Shown here piece by piece: positions 23,080 to 36,300 of a stretch of 64,000 nt of DNA. This DNA comes from Haliotis rufescens (Eukaryota). Location of the stretch: NCBI RefSeq assembly GCF_023055435.1, contig NW_025964334.1:11656001-11720000 (forward strand), read 5' to 3'. The position numbers were made by a program, and so were the translations under genes. Within the stretch, counting starts at the first letter, position 1, and each line of letters starts with the position of its first letter. The notes under the pieces are model-generated. The model was not told the DNA's origin. It made no database searches and saw nothing but the letters and a program-made list of their open reading frames with translations.

Positions 23080-23744
23080 TATATAGTTTGCACGCGCCTC
23101 ACGCAGTAGCGCCACGTTCCTGCGGAGGGTGTCAATTCTGATTTTGACGCTTTCAAAGAAGGTCGATCAATTGCTGTGGCGTCACAAGCCATGCTTATGC
23201 CTTCCTCGTTCTTTCCAATGATATACATTATCCATACAGTGTTCCCTACCACACTTTTCTGTCTCAAAAAATCATCCGACGAATTGTTTACAACCATGCC
23301 ATTCATGCGTACCCGCCAGTTCGACGTCTGACGCCTGACGCCTGGGGTCGCCGCCGTTTTCAGTTCGCGCCATATCGGCGAATATTTTACAAAATTGTTT
23401 CCATCCAATATACCTGATTCCTCTCTCCTGACTTGGGCCATTGAATACCCTGATATAATGTCACTGAAGCGGATGTAAAATGAACGGAACGAGTTCCGAA
23501 TTCTAATGCCTTGCAGCATTGCAGCAGCATGGGTACTTTCCTGGTAGTGTCAGTGTGTCGTGCGTTGCTTCTGATTCAACCAATTTACCACAAGCTCCTT
23601 GAATAGGAAAAACTTAGAAACTCGTTTAGCCAGCGCCTTGACCGCCATCGCACCAAGCTGGCTGGAAATAGACGCAGTAGGGTGCAGCAGGTGGTAAAGG
23701 TGAGGGTGCAGCTGGTGCCGGGTGTGAGGGAGTAGCTTGGTGAG

Positions 23745-25070
23745 AGGGTGAGGGAGCAGCTGAGGGAGAGGAAAAGGGAGCAGCTGGGGGAGAGGGGATG
23801 AGGGAGCACCTGGGGGAGCGGAAAAGGGAGCACCTGGGGGGGAGGGGGGGAGCAGCTGAGGGAGAGGGTGGGAGAGCAGCTGAGGGAGAGGAAAAGGGAG
23901 CAGCTGGGGGAGAGGGGATGAGGGAGCACCTGGGGGAGCGGAAAAGGGAGCACCTGGGGGGGAGGGGGGGAGCAGCTGAGGGAGAGGGTGGGAGAGGGTG
24001 GGAGAGCAGCTCAGGGAGAGGAAAAGGGAGCAGCTGGGGGAGAAGGGATGAGGGAGCACCTGGGGGAGAGGGTGGGAGAGCAGCTGAGGGAGAGGAAAAG
24101 GGAGCAGCTGGGGGAGAGGGGGGAACAGCTGGGGGAGAGGGGATGAGGGAGCACCTGGGGGAGAGGAAAAGGGAGCAGCTGGGGGAGAGGGGGGAGCAGC
24201 TGGGGGATGAGGGAGCACCTGGGGGAGAGGAAAAGGGAGCAGCTGGGGGAGAGGGGGGAGCAGCTGGGGGAGAGAGGGAGGGAGTAGCTGGGGGGGAGGG
24301 GGGGCAGCTTGGGGAGAGGGGATGAGGGAGCACCTGGGGGAGAGGAAAAGGGAGCAGCTGGGGGAGAGGGTGAGGGAGCAACTGGGGGAGAGGGGGGAGC
24401 AGCTGGGGGAGAGGGTGAGGGAGCAGCTGGGGGAGAGGAAAAGGGAGCAGCTGAGGGAGAGGGTGAGGGAGCAACTGGGGGAGAGGGGGGAGCAGCTGGG
24501 GGAGAGGGGGGAGCGGCTGGGGGAGAGGGGGGAGCGGCTGGGGGAGAGGGTGAGGGAGCAACTGGGGGAGAGAGGGAGGGAGCAGCTGAGGGAGAGGGTG
24601 AGGGAGCAACTGGGGGAGAGGGGGGAGCAGCTGGGGGAGAGGGTGAGGGAGCAGCTGGGGGAGAGGGTGAGGGAGCATCTGGGGGAGAGAGGGAGGGAGT
24701 AGCTGGGGGAGAGGGGGGGCAGCTGGGGGAGAGGGGATGAGGGAGCACCTGGGGGAGAGGAAAAGGGAGCAGCTGGGGGAGAGGGGGGAGCAGCTGGGGG
24801 AGAGGGGATGAGGGAGCACCCGGGGGGAGAGGAAAAGGGAGCAGCTGGGGGAGAGGGGGGAGCAGCTGGGGGAGAGGGTGAGGGAGCAACTGGGGGAGAG
24901 GGGGAGGGAGTAGCTGGGGGAGAGGGGGGAGCAGCTGAGGGAGAGGAAAAGGGAGCAGCTGAGGGAGAAGAAAGGGGAGCAGCTGGGGGAGAGGGGATGA
25001 GGGAGCATCTGGGGGGGGGGGGGGGGTGAGAGAGCACCTGGGGGAGAGGGTGAGGGAGCACCTGGGGAGA
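23745..25070. repeat. Purine/G-rich minisatellite (GGGAGCAGCTGGGGGAGAGG variants, ~21-27 bp units)
   Basis: Direct inspection; strong strand asymmetry with dense G-tracts. Confidence 0.95.
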
Positions 25071-26351
25071 TGGGAATATACCAGCTATGACGGCGGTCCT
25101 TAAATTATAGAGTCTGGACCAGACAATCCAGTGATTGATACCATGAGCATCGATATCGATCCACGCAATTGGGATACGATGACATGCATCAACCAAGTCA
25201 GCGAGCCTGACCACCCGATCCCGTTAGTCGCCTCTTACGACAAGCACAGTCGCCTTTGACGGAAAGAATGGGTTTCTGAAGACCTATTCTACCCCGGATC
25301 ATCCCGGGTCTTGTTGGTATGTAATTGCCTGGGGCACCTGCACAGGCAAGAACAGGGAGTTATGTGTGGTTAGATGACGAAAGATTGTTCAAAGTCTCAT
25401 GATCACTCCCTCTCTCAGCTAAAACTGAGATATAGTGAAATTCCAGCCCCTTCTGCATTGTATAGCCTAAAGGGTCCAAGAAGGATTCCGAATCACCTTT
25501 TTTATTTATATTATATTGAAAAGAAGAAAAACCTTTTTCTATTTTTTTCTGGTTTTATTTTCTTTTCTTTGGAAGTACCTTAGTACTTACTTGTAATATT
25601 TATGTGTGTTTTCGTCATAAATATTCACTATTGATTTAATGAATAGTGTGTAAATATTCTTTTGTGAAACTGTTTGTGAATGCATTTTGATGCATTATTA
25701 AATTTACAACAGAAATATATTTAAACCCAGTAAATATGTGTTTATGCTGTCACCGTCACCGACAGGGGATGGATATTGGTTTGTATACTCGTGTATTCTA
25801 TCAAAATAATAACACCAAATATCCATGTAACAATGTTTTGCTAATAATTCATAATTGGGTCGTCTAAAGATTTCTATGAACACATTCCCGTTGCACCTCG
25901 GCCGCCACTGGCAGATTCCATATTGGAACTAAATTTAGTTTCATGCACGACTGTCACGTGACTCAGCAGCCATAATCTGTTCACTAGTTGACTGTCAAAA
26001 CGAATATAATTACATTTTCGCTGTGTTCATTTTAATAACTGCATTCTGATTAGCTGATCACGTGTTTTTGCATTCATTTCTCAATGAATGTAAAAAATTA
26101 AGCCACGCCCACCGAGGCGGACCACTTTTATTACTACGGAATGTCGGGTGTCCCAGTACTACAGTCGAGGGAATTCACATTATCGTCATGTACAGGACAT
26201 TAAGCGAAATGCATGCACATTCATTATCCACTACGCGGATTCATACAGTTTGCACCTCAATGAATCGAAAAAATCCACAGTCAATCCTGAATTACCACAT
26301 TTCGCTGAAGGACAATAAAACGTGAAAAAAATAAAAAGATGAAGATGAGTA

Positions 26352-26874
26352 CTAGGATCTATAAGCCGTATCACCACTGTTGACCCTATTCTTGCCTCGG
26401 TTGTGATGTTCACCACTATTCACAGCACGAGGGTGTGAGTTCGGCTTGGGGCTGTCCCTCGCGTCATCCTTCTCCCTGGAGTCTTCGGGGGAAGCCACCC
26501 TTTTGCCTCTTTGGGTCATCTCCCCGCTCATGATTCGACTCTTGTCCCTCCTAAACATCTGACCACTGTTGGCTCCCCTCGGTCGTGTCCGGGGAGGGTC
26601 AACCGTTCTATTATCTCTTTGTTCACGCTGGTTGTCAGGCTGGTCAAGTTTGACGACTGAGGCCGGTCTTTCATTGGCCGGTCTCTCATTGGCCGGCCTT
26701 TCATTGGCCGACGCTTCTCTGCTGGCTCCGCTCTTTCTGCTCGCTCTGCCCTCTTCTGTGATCTTCGCCCAATAGGCTGTTACCTCCTGCTTCACCTTCT
26801 CGGCATAGGCTCTCTTCAGTTCCTCCAGACGTTCTATCACACTCTCAATATGACGTGGTCGGTCTTTCAGGGCC
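26352..26874 (-). CDS. Probable terminal coding exon of an uncharacterised charged/coiled-coil protein
   Basis: ttttgttttgcag|G, phase 2; ALKDRPRHIESVIERLEELKRAYAEKVKQEVTAYWAKITEE...(ANERP)3...TAYRS then TAG. Confidence 0.75.
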
Positions 26875-28633
26875 CTGCAAAACAAAAGCATATCTTAAGA
26901 CATTACCTTATATTCGTGTGTTTGTTTGTTTCTTGTTTCACGCTGCACACAGCAATATTCAAGTTATATATGTAAATAATCGCGTCTGGACCAGACCATC
27001 CAGTGATTGACATCATGAGCATCGATCCACGCAATTGGGAAATGATGACATGTATAACCAAGTCAACTGAGCATGACCACGATAGCGTTAGTCGCCTCTT
27101 ACGGCAAGCATGGGTTGCTGAAGACCTATTCTCTATCCGGTCCTTCAAGGGTCTAATTCGCAAGAAATGCTGTGAAAATATAATCACTTTCGACAAAGTT
27201 TCGTATCCACAGGTTATGTTTCCTAGATCTGGACAGTGAATGTTATTGGAAATATTTAACCCATTCTGGTGTTCCCACACCATAGTGTTACTGGGATATT
27301 GTAAATACGGCTATAAACCCCACTCACTGAAAACCCCGAAGAAACTGCACTGACAAACAGTTCGATAACTGCGTGAGGGAGTGAGGGAGTTTTACGCCAC
27401 TTTTAGCAATATTCCAGCAGGGGGACACCAGAAATGGGCTTCACACATTGTTCCCATGTCGGGATTCGAACCCGGGTCTTCGGCGTGATGAGAGAACGCT
27501 TAAACCAGTGAGAGAACAGGAATGATGTGTGGATTGGGATTACGCCGGCTTCAGCACCAGTAAAGCCCACCCGTGAAGATCCGGGTCAGAATAAGTCTTC
27601 AGCAACCCATGCTTCCCGTAATAGGCGACTGTGCTTGTCGTGAGAGGTGACTAACGGAATCGGGTGGTCAGGCTCGCTGACTTGGTTCATGCATATCATC
27701 GTATCCCAATTGCGTTGATCGATGATCGTGGTATCAATCACTGGATTGTCTGATCCAAACTCGATTATATACAAACCGCCGTCATATAGCTGAATATTGC
27801 TGAGTGTTGCGTTACACAACAAACAAACAAAGAAAACCAAAAAAAACAATAGAGATATGGACATGCGGCGTGGGACACCAGAAACGAAGGCGTTAACCAC
27901 CAGTCTACCCTACTGACTTTGAAAACAAGAATTGGTAAGAGGCAAGTCAATGGATCGGGTGGTCATACTCGGGGACTCGAACAACAACCTTTGTAAAAGG
28001 ACTCCACATATATGATAGATGTACATGGTATTCAATGTTGTATTTCAAAAGGTGCAGTTAGGTAGCCGAATGGGTAAGGAGGTCGCTCGTCAAGTCAAAA
28101 TCCATGGTTCGATTCCCCACATGGGTACAATATGTAAAGCCTATTACTGATGTCCCCGCTGTGATAATGCAGAAATATTAGCAAACGCGGCGTAAAACCA
28201 TACTCACTCACTCATACATCAAACCGTCCACGTGGTTTACGGAATAAAACAAAATGTGTAAACCAGACTCACGCTTTGTTACGATGAGGCTGTCATAAAA
28301 TTGCCAACTATATTCATCAATCAATGTTTAAGTTATCGTCACGATCTGACTCAAATATCCGGGGTAGAACAGGTCTTCAGCAACCCATGCTTGCCGTAAA
28401 AGGCGATTATGCTTGTCGTAAGAGGCGACTAACGGGATCGGATGGTCAGGCTCGCTGACTTGGTTAATGCATGAAATCGATCCCAATTGCTTGAATCGAT
28501 GCTCGTGATGTCAATCACTGGATTGTCTGGCTCGATTATTTACAGACAGACGCAATATAGCTTGAATATTGCTGAGTGCGGCGTTAAACAACAAACACTC
28601 ACTCAGTCACTCACTCACACAAAACAGACTCAC

Positions 28634-28791
28634 ACTTTGTCCACGATGAGGCTGTCCTCAAACAGCTCCATGACCTTTACCATCCGGTCCTGGCGAGCCC
28701 TCCTCCTGTCCTTCCGCAACTGGTCATCTCCTGCGTCCTTCCATCGTCCTCGACTCCTCTTGCTCTTGTCCTTAGCCCGGTCAGCCTGCCT
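28634..28791 (-). CDS. Internal exon of the same - strand gene
   Basis: gttgtag| ... |gtgagt; 158 nt, phase 0-2; RQADRAKDKSKRSRGRWKDAGDDQLRKDRRRARQDRMVKVMELFEDSLIVDK(V); joins 26874 in frame. Confidence 0.78.
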
Positions 28792-28877
28792 CTACAACGA
28801 CGACTCATGTTAAGGAACGACAGTTTAATGATTTGGTATGAAGGGGGAGATTTGCCAGGATGTTTGTTTGAGACATG

Positions 28878-29305
28878 TGTAGCGGCCATAAGATGTCCAA
28901 GTCCGGTGATGGGATTCGAACCACGGACCGTCTGATCAGAGGTCGGACGCCTTGTCCACATGACCAAAGAGGTTAACCCCGTCAGCAAGCTGACAAGGTT
29001 AGGATGTCATATGTGGGATGACTCCACGCCATGCTACATACTCCCCCGTCAACAGAAGGCACGTCTTGGGCCTCATACTAGGGAACTGAGACTTAATTTG
29101 CTCAAATTTAATATGAACGTGCTCAGCCCCACGTTGGGCGCCAATGTAGCGGCCATAAAATGTCCGAGTCCCGTGATGGGATTCGAACCACGGGCCTTCA
29201 GTTCAGAAGTCGGACGCCTTGTCCATATGACCAAAGAGGTTAACCCCGTCAGCAAGCTGACAAGGTAAGGATGTCATCTGTGGGATGAATCCATGTCCTG
29301 CAACA
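28878..29305 (-). mobile_element. TRIM (miniature LTR retrotransposon) with tRNA-like sequence in both LTRs, Helenus-type
   Basis: Two 161-bp LTRs TGTAGC...ACA (28878-29038, 29145-29305); 4-bp TSD CATG; PBS TGGCGCCCAACGTGGGGC (29143-29126); PPT GACGGGGGAGTA (29050-29039); A and B boxes inside each LTR. Confidence 0.93.
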
Positions 29306-32300
29306 CATGTTTTCAGTCATTGCTTGATAAATGCATTATCATACCGCAATGTCAGAATAATAAGATCTGATTGGTTCACGTGATCTTGATAAAATACGAT
29401 GTATCGCGCCATGGAGAGAAATAAATAACAACTTTCATCCAGGTGCGTTTACTTGAAAACTATTTTCATACCTATCCTACCAGGAATTACGCCGTTTGCA
29501 AACTAAAATAAGCAATACTACATCAGACTACCCCAGAGAACAGGATCCAAAACAAGTTAAAGCGATGCGATCCGATGCAACGCAATCAACATTAGGAATA
29601 TATTCTCGAAATGAAATCATTCCTCTCTTTTGAATTCAATACCAAGCTTGAAGGGCATATATAGTTTGCTTCTCGTGATGACAAACGACCTTCAGGTGAA
29701 AACTTTTGATGATAATATTCTGACATAATCACTATTTTAAGTTGAAAACAAATGAACATTCCTAAGTACTTCGAATGATACAGACCATTTTTAAATAAGT
29801 GTTTGAAATTCTTTACTGGAAGTAGTATTGATACTAACTCGCTGTTATATTATTGAAACAGAAGTTGTTATTGTTATCGGTACTGATCATAATATTGATA
29901 CTGACCTTTTAGTGGGGCTTTTACATGGGACTGACATTGTTTTTAAAATTTAAATAGTTATTGATATTTCACCTGTTATTGACATTTTAAAGTGGAACGT
30001 ATAACCGTACATGCTGATCAATTTAATACCAACAAATACTCTTTAATGACAAAAATATGCTATTGTTGTTACGCTTGTGTTTCATAAATTGATTTTAACT
30101 GAATACAATTCCATGAAAACGTAAACACACAAATTTTAACCGTCGTTATACAAAAGAATCCGCACTTTCTAAAAAATGAATTATAAAACGCATATAAATA
30201 ATTCTAAAATACATACAGAGTACATTCTATCTCGACAGCCACCTGTGTTAGTACTAAATCTTTCTTCCCGTAAATGGAGTACTTCACTGCTCAATATACA
30301 ATGTACTGCTATAATTATCAATCTGTAGTTTCATACTGATATTGATATCTAAGCCAATAATATGTGACCGAATCAGGTTTCAACTAGTTTCGCTGGTTCG
30401 CGTAGAGAATGGACGGAATCAAATGAACTGAATTAAATCATAATCGGTCTTTTCATCTCCGCGTAATTTTATCATCTAATTAATCAAACTTTGCTGAAAA
30501 GGAGCATGCATGTGTTCACACAGGTTGTGTGTACATGTTGTGCATGTTTCTCACGGGTCTCTTACTTTAGGGTCGGTCTAATGAAATGGAAATATTATTG
30601 ACACCCCTATAATAAATTACCGGTCCCCTATGAAGGAACCTTAGCTGAGGTCAAGCTAGTCCAGTGTTAGGAATAGACACCGACCCGTAGGCCCGGGGCC
30701 TATAGACTTGTTCTCGGGTCGATACTTAAATTTCAATTTATTTTAAACTGTAAACATGGTAAATGAATCATAACTCTGAGATCTCTTTGTGAAACGGGGT
30801 CCAGCTTTAAAGTACTCTGGTCTTCCCACTTTCAACACCCTAGCACCGTCAAAATAATATATAGTTTCACGTCATATGTTTCATTTATTAAATCTATCAC
30901 TTTTCACAAAGTCGGAAAATACGTATTTCGTTTCAATTTATCAAATTTTATCAATAGATTTAAAATTATTAACTTTTTACCGCAATGTTGTTGAAGAAAC
31001 ATAATCTGGGATACATGCTACGACAACTGGTCTATAAACACACAATGCCATTTTAGAAAGTGGTCAAATGTAACAAATGTCATATTTGGGATAACTCTTT
31101 CTTAGTAAAGTACAGATTCTCGTACTTGTTTAGGTTGAGTCCCGTTCGATGGCATTTGTTACATTTGACGTTTCAAGCACAACATAAATAAATTAACTAA
31201 AGTAACAAATAAAATCTACAAACATATTTCTAAAATTTGTCAACTTACATCTAAGTTACTGTTTCCATGTTTTCGTGCGATCGTGTGATGTAAGTCAAAA
31301 GACACCTCGGTATTTGTCGCCTCGATTTTCAGGCTCGGACACGATGTTTAATGTCAAAATATATGCATGAGATATATTTGTCACAGGTCATAACCTAGCA
31401 CGATATGTCCACGAAGTTCCATATTTTAAACATAAGTCGCGATTTCCTTCTTAAAACGTTCAAAATAACACGATTTAACCAAAGACTTTCGCCCAAAACT
31501 GCAATACATCATACACGAGGACATTATCCATTGCTGTAATTTGATTGGCTGCCTTAGGTCACGTGCGTGATATGGACCAATCACGATCCCTATATTAGAT
31601 TACGGCAACAGCGTTCTATGCAATAAAAGCGCATGTTACAACTACGAAAACACTCCTGGCGAGGTTACTGTAAAAACTTTTGATATTCAGAGCTGTCTAA
31701 CGATACCAAACATCGAACGAATCTTCGCACGAGTTATTTAAAGAAAGCTTCGAAAACGGAGGTATTTTCTCCTGTCACTGAGCGGAAAGCCACTATTATC
31801 GGGAACTATGTGATGACAAATCGTACTTAAATAAAAAAGAAATTCACAACAACGATATCTTTAAATTGCCGAAAATCGCCATAATCTGTGCTTCCTTGGT
31901 GCTAACTATGGACGTTATGAATGTGTAAGCTTACATTTTTTTAAATAAAAGCAAACTTAATAGAGTTATACATGAATTATTAAAATAATGTGATATCAAA
32001 TCTTTCATGATTATAAACGGAAGGGTTAGACCTAGCAAATGGTGTATGACATGTAGTAGCAAAGATGTTTTAGAAGCTGATAGTTTCCACACAACTGGCT
32101 TCATCTACAATGGGTCTCCGGGGACTCGTTGTAATCGCGGTAAAAGCTTCTGGTTGACTGGTTGTGTTTTGTAATTAATATTGCAAGAGTATGTCTCCCT
32201 GCTTCAGCTAAAATGTTTGATCCCTCAGTTTTTCAACTGGGCCGAGAGTTTTGGAAATATGCTGGTCCTTAAGGCGCTCAATTTAAACTGCCTCAGTCGA

Positions 32301-32524
32301 CCACGGTTTTCATAAATCTGCCATATCTGTATGTTAATCAAGTGTGCCTACCTTAGCTCCAGGTCGCGATCATAAGATTGTATATTAACAGTTAATTTGA
32401 GTATTGGGGAAACACGATCGTCTAGGATTACACTGACAATTTCTGACACGAACTCTATATTCCGGTCAGCAAGATCTCCTGCGATTCTAAGTCCTGCTTT
32501 TCACATGCCATATATGTTATGATG

Positions 32525-32810
32525 AGTGAGTGAGTGAGTGAGTGAGTTGGGTTTAACGCCGCTTTTAACATCAACAGTTATATTACGGCGTGTCAGCTTA
32601 ATGTGGGAGGAAAGCCCGAAGTGATGCAGGTATCAGACGTTTACCACTTCGGTGAAACCCACGAGCACGGGTATGTTGCTGACAAACCTAGAAACATAAT
32701 TGGGGCGAACCGGGATTCGAACCCACAACCAAAGGTTTCTGGCGTGGCCAAGGGACGCAACTCTGCACAGCGAATCGCGGCGCCCTAGACGACTGGGCCA
32801 CCCGTGCCCC
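32525..32810 (-). mobile_element. Family C tRNA-derived SINE (Leu-like head with long A-B box spacer)
   Basis: TGGCCCAGTCGTCTAGGGCGCC...GTGGGTTCGAATCCC; (CACT)n tail; TSD TATATGTTATGATG. Other copies at about 4258-4533 (TSD ACATGAGCTGTGG), 14810-15069 (TSD TAGGTGTAAATTG), 15365-15610, 36650-36885, 37320-37552, 46845-47136 (TSD TCAAGGAACATAGAG), 53458-53710, 54105-54347. Confidence 0.9.
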
Positions 32811-33358
32811 CTATATGTTATGATGTGTTTACGAAATGGATGCAATTTATGCGGCAGACAATTTGACTCCCATTCTGTTAGTAACAAGCAGGTAATCGGG
32901 AGGTGCAGTCAAAGTGTTCGTATGCGATCAAGGTGTCGCCATATAACACAAAACCAGAGCGGTTGGGTAGCCTAGTGGTGAAATCGTTAGCCCTTCGCGC
33001 CGATAGCCGGGATTCCCTACATGGTACAATATGAGAAGGCAATTTCTTGTGTCCCCAACCGTGATATCGCCGAGGAAAAAACAAAAGCGTCGAAAATCCT
33101 CATTCACTTGCTGTTATAAGATTGTTGTATTTGTGGAACGTAGGTTCAAAATAATCTCTCATCAAAGACTCAATGAAAAAAAAACAATCGGAAACCTAAA
33201 AATTTAAAATATTCATATTGCAGGAGTTTATTTAACATGTACCTAAATCGTATATCCATTTTATAAAGCAACCAATAAATAATTTGGCGTGGAAATATAG
33301 CTAATAAACAACGTCAGCATCAACATTATTATCAGGGACGTAATGATCATGATATCTA

Positions 33359-36300
33359 TACTCAACAACAAAAAATCTTGTGACACCAATATTTTAGTGA
33401 ATTTTTCAAACAAGTAAAGTTTGGTTTTCAATATTGTAGTACATGTATGGAATCAAGTCACAAAAACGCAACTGCTACAGAAAAGCATGCATTCCATGCA
33501 AAAGTTTACTTTTATGCAAGCCCCATGCATTTCACTACCGAGGAATGTATAAAAACATGTGCGTTATCGGGATTCCATATGCATTGTTTAGCATCGTGCT
33601 GACAACAACCACTCAGAAAAACAACAAAATTACGCAGTTATTCAACATTACGAAATTGCACGCCTGTCCGAAAATGAGCGCCTGCGAGCCATTGGTATGC
33701 TTGAAGCAGGATCGAGTCAACGTGATGTTGCAAGACAGTTTAACGTCCACAGAAACACCATTTGGTGTATTTGGCAACGTTGGCAACAGACGAATGCAGT
33801 CAGAGACCATCCTCGGAGTGGCAGGCCTCGCATAAACCAATAATCGACAAAACAACTGGATTCGAACAACACACCTACGAAATCGATTCCAGCCAGCAAC
33901 AGTGACTGCAAGAAGCATCTCTGGCCTTCGACGAATATCTTCACAAACTGTACGTCGTCGCCTCAGATGTGCAGGGATTGTCGCCAGAAGACCCGCCAGA
34001 CGTCCCATTTTGACAGGAAACCACAGTCAAGCACGTCTACAGTGGTGCAGACAGCGTCTACGCTGGACGACCATGCAGTGGGGACAAGTTCTATTCACTT
34101 ACGAGTCGCGTCTTCACCTCAGCCACAGCGATGGACGGATTCGAGTGTACCGTCGTCCAGGGGAACGTTACGTCATAATTGTGTCATTGTGGTAGAGGGA
34201 AATCTCAATGGACAGCGCTACCGCGACGAGATCATCGGCCTTGTTGTTCTACCGGTTTTTTGCGTCGTCATGGCCCAGGCATTACCTTTCAACATGACAA
34301 CGCCCGGCTTCATATTGCTCGACTTGCTCCAGTAGATATGGACAGATATCCCACAGGACTTTGTGCGACACCTGGTCCATGCCATGAGACGAAGATGTGT
34401 TGCTTGCATCGCAACCAGAGGTGGTCAGACACGCTACTAATTTGTGGATTGACATTTTGGCATGTTCATGTCTTTTATATGAAATCACGCATTTTCTGAA
34501 GTCAGTATGGCAAATTAAACCATTTGAACACTTACAGGAGTCTTTTATCTGTTGCAAACCGAAATTGTTTCAGATTTGGTAAAAAACAAAACTTTGCTTT
34601 AAATCTTATTCATTGTCACAGGTATAATATATTCATCTTAAATATGCTAAATCAGTATTTCAAAATATTAAAACGAAAACTTTTTTGTGCTTTCATCGAT
34701 TTCACAAAAGCGTTCGACAGTACATCGAAAGTAGGCCTATGGTACAAGATGTTATCATACAACATAGAGGGGAGATTCCTCAAGTTAGTGAAAAACATGT
34801 GCAGTAATATAAAATCTTGCGTTTTGGTTGATAACCAAATTTCTAACTTCTTTTATAGTTATTCCGGGCTTCGACAAGGAGAAAATCTCTCTCCATTATT
34901 ATTTTCGATTTTTCTCAATGATTTAGATGTATATCTTGAGAGCAAAGTTTGTAGGGGCGTTGACATCAATTGTGTTCATGATGATTATGTGTATATGTGT
35001 ATTAAATTCTTTATTTTGTTGTACGCAGATGATGCGATACTTTTAGCTGAATCCAAGAAAGATCTCCAAAATTCTCTTGATGTGTTCAAAAAATACTGCG
35101 ATGTGTGGAAACTCAATGTTAACATTGCCAAAACTAAGATTATAATATTTGGAGGAGGCGTAGGTAAAAAATCTAAATTATCTTTTCAATTTGATTCTAA
35201 ACCAATTGAAATTATAGATAATCATACGTATCTAGGTATCAACGTTCATCGCAATAGGAGATTTAATACCGCAATAAACGATTTACTGTCCAGCTCTAAA
35301 AAGGCCATGTTTGCACTCCTGAAAAAATCAAGAAACCTCAATCTAGCACTTGATACTGTAAACCAATTGTTTGATATGTTAATACTACCTATAGCCTTGT
35401 ATGGATGTGAAATATGGGGTTGTGAAAATGTTATAAACATTGAAAAAGTTCACCTTAAATTTCTAAAGTTTGCTACTGGTTTGCGATCATCAACTCCTAA
35501 CTTTATGGTTTACGGTGAACTTGGACGTTTTCCTGTGAACATTACAATTGCTAAAAGAATGATCTCATTTTGGTATAATTTAGAAACCATATCTTCTTTC
35601 AAGTTCGTCATCAAGCATCCTTAAACCGTTCAAATTAGATCACATCCTCAATATTAGTAATAGTAACGTATGGATATCTCACATAAAAAGTATTTTAAAC
35701 AGTTGTGGCTTGACCTATGTATTTGATAATCCTGGTTGCGTTTGTAAACAGTGGTTTGTCTCTATGGTAGAAACAGTACTTAAAGATCATTTTATATAAC
35801 AATGGAGGGATGATATAGATAAAAGTTCAAAAGGTAATTACTATAAATTGTTCAAAGATCTACCGTCGTTTGAAAAATACCTCCTGCTACCTGATTATTT
35901 CTCTCGACCTATTATGTCATTTCGGACATCGAATCATTATTTACCTGTAGAGACGGGCCGCTGGAAAAATACACCCAGAATCAATAGAAATTGTAACCTA
36001 TGTAGCTCACCGGCGACAGCCGACGAGTTTCATTTTTTATTTAAGTGCTCCTTTTTTGATACCATGAGATCACATTATATTGCAATTTATCTTTGTAAAT
36101 GGCCGTATCTCGCAGTTCAAAGTTCAAAGTTTTATTTACCTCAAATAATTGCTTAATCGTGAAAAATATCTCCAGATTTATAAGAATTATTAATAATGTT
36201 GTCAGACGATGAGTACAACACTATAATCTACAATTTACCAAGTGATCACTACAATTTATTGTTTATGTTATGATTTTATATGTACTGTTCCTGTACCACC

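Noticed and set aside
23550-23552. Selenocysteine readthrough at the in-frame TGA
   Set aside because: No selenoprotein-like context and no SECIS that I can recognise.
23550-25214. Extensin/collagen-like Pro- or Gly-rich ORFs
   Set aside because: Several frames are open because of the G-rich repeat, and the longest ORF starts inside a retroposon.
30806-31830. Possible Kolobok-like non-autonomous element (also from about 41312)
   Set aside because: TTAA-adjacent starts were seen but convincing matching TIRs were not found.
32352-32494. Open 47-codon - strand stretch ending at AG|GTAGGC
   Set aside because: Purine-rich acceptor, phases incompatible with the flanking exons, and no recognisable homology.
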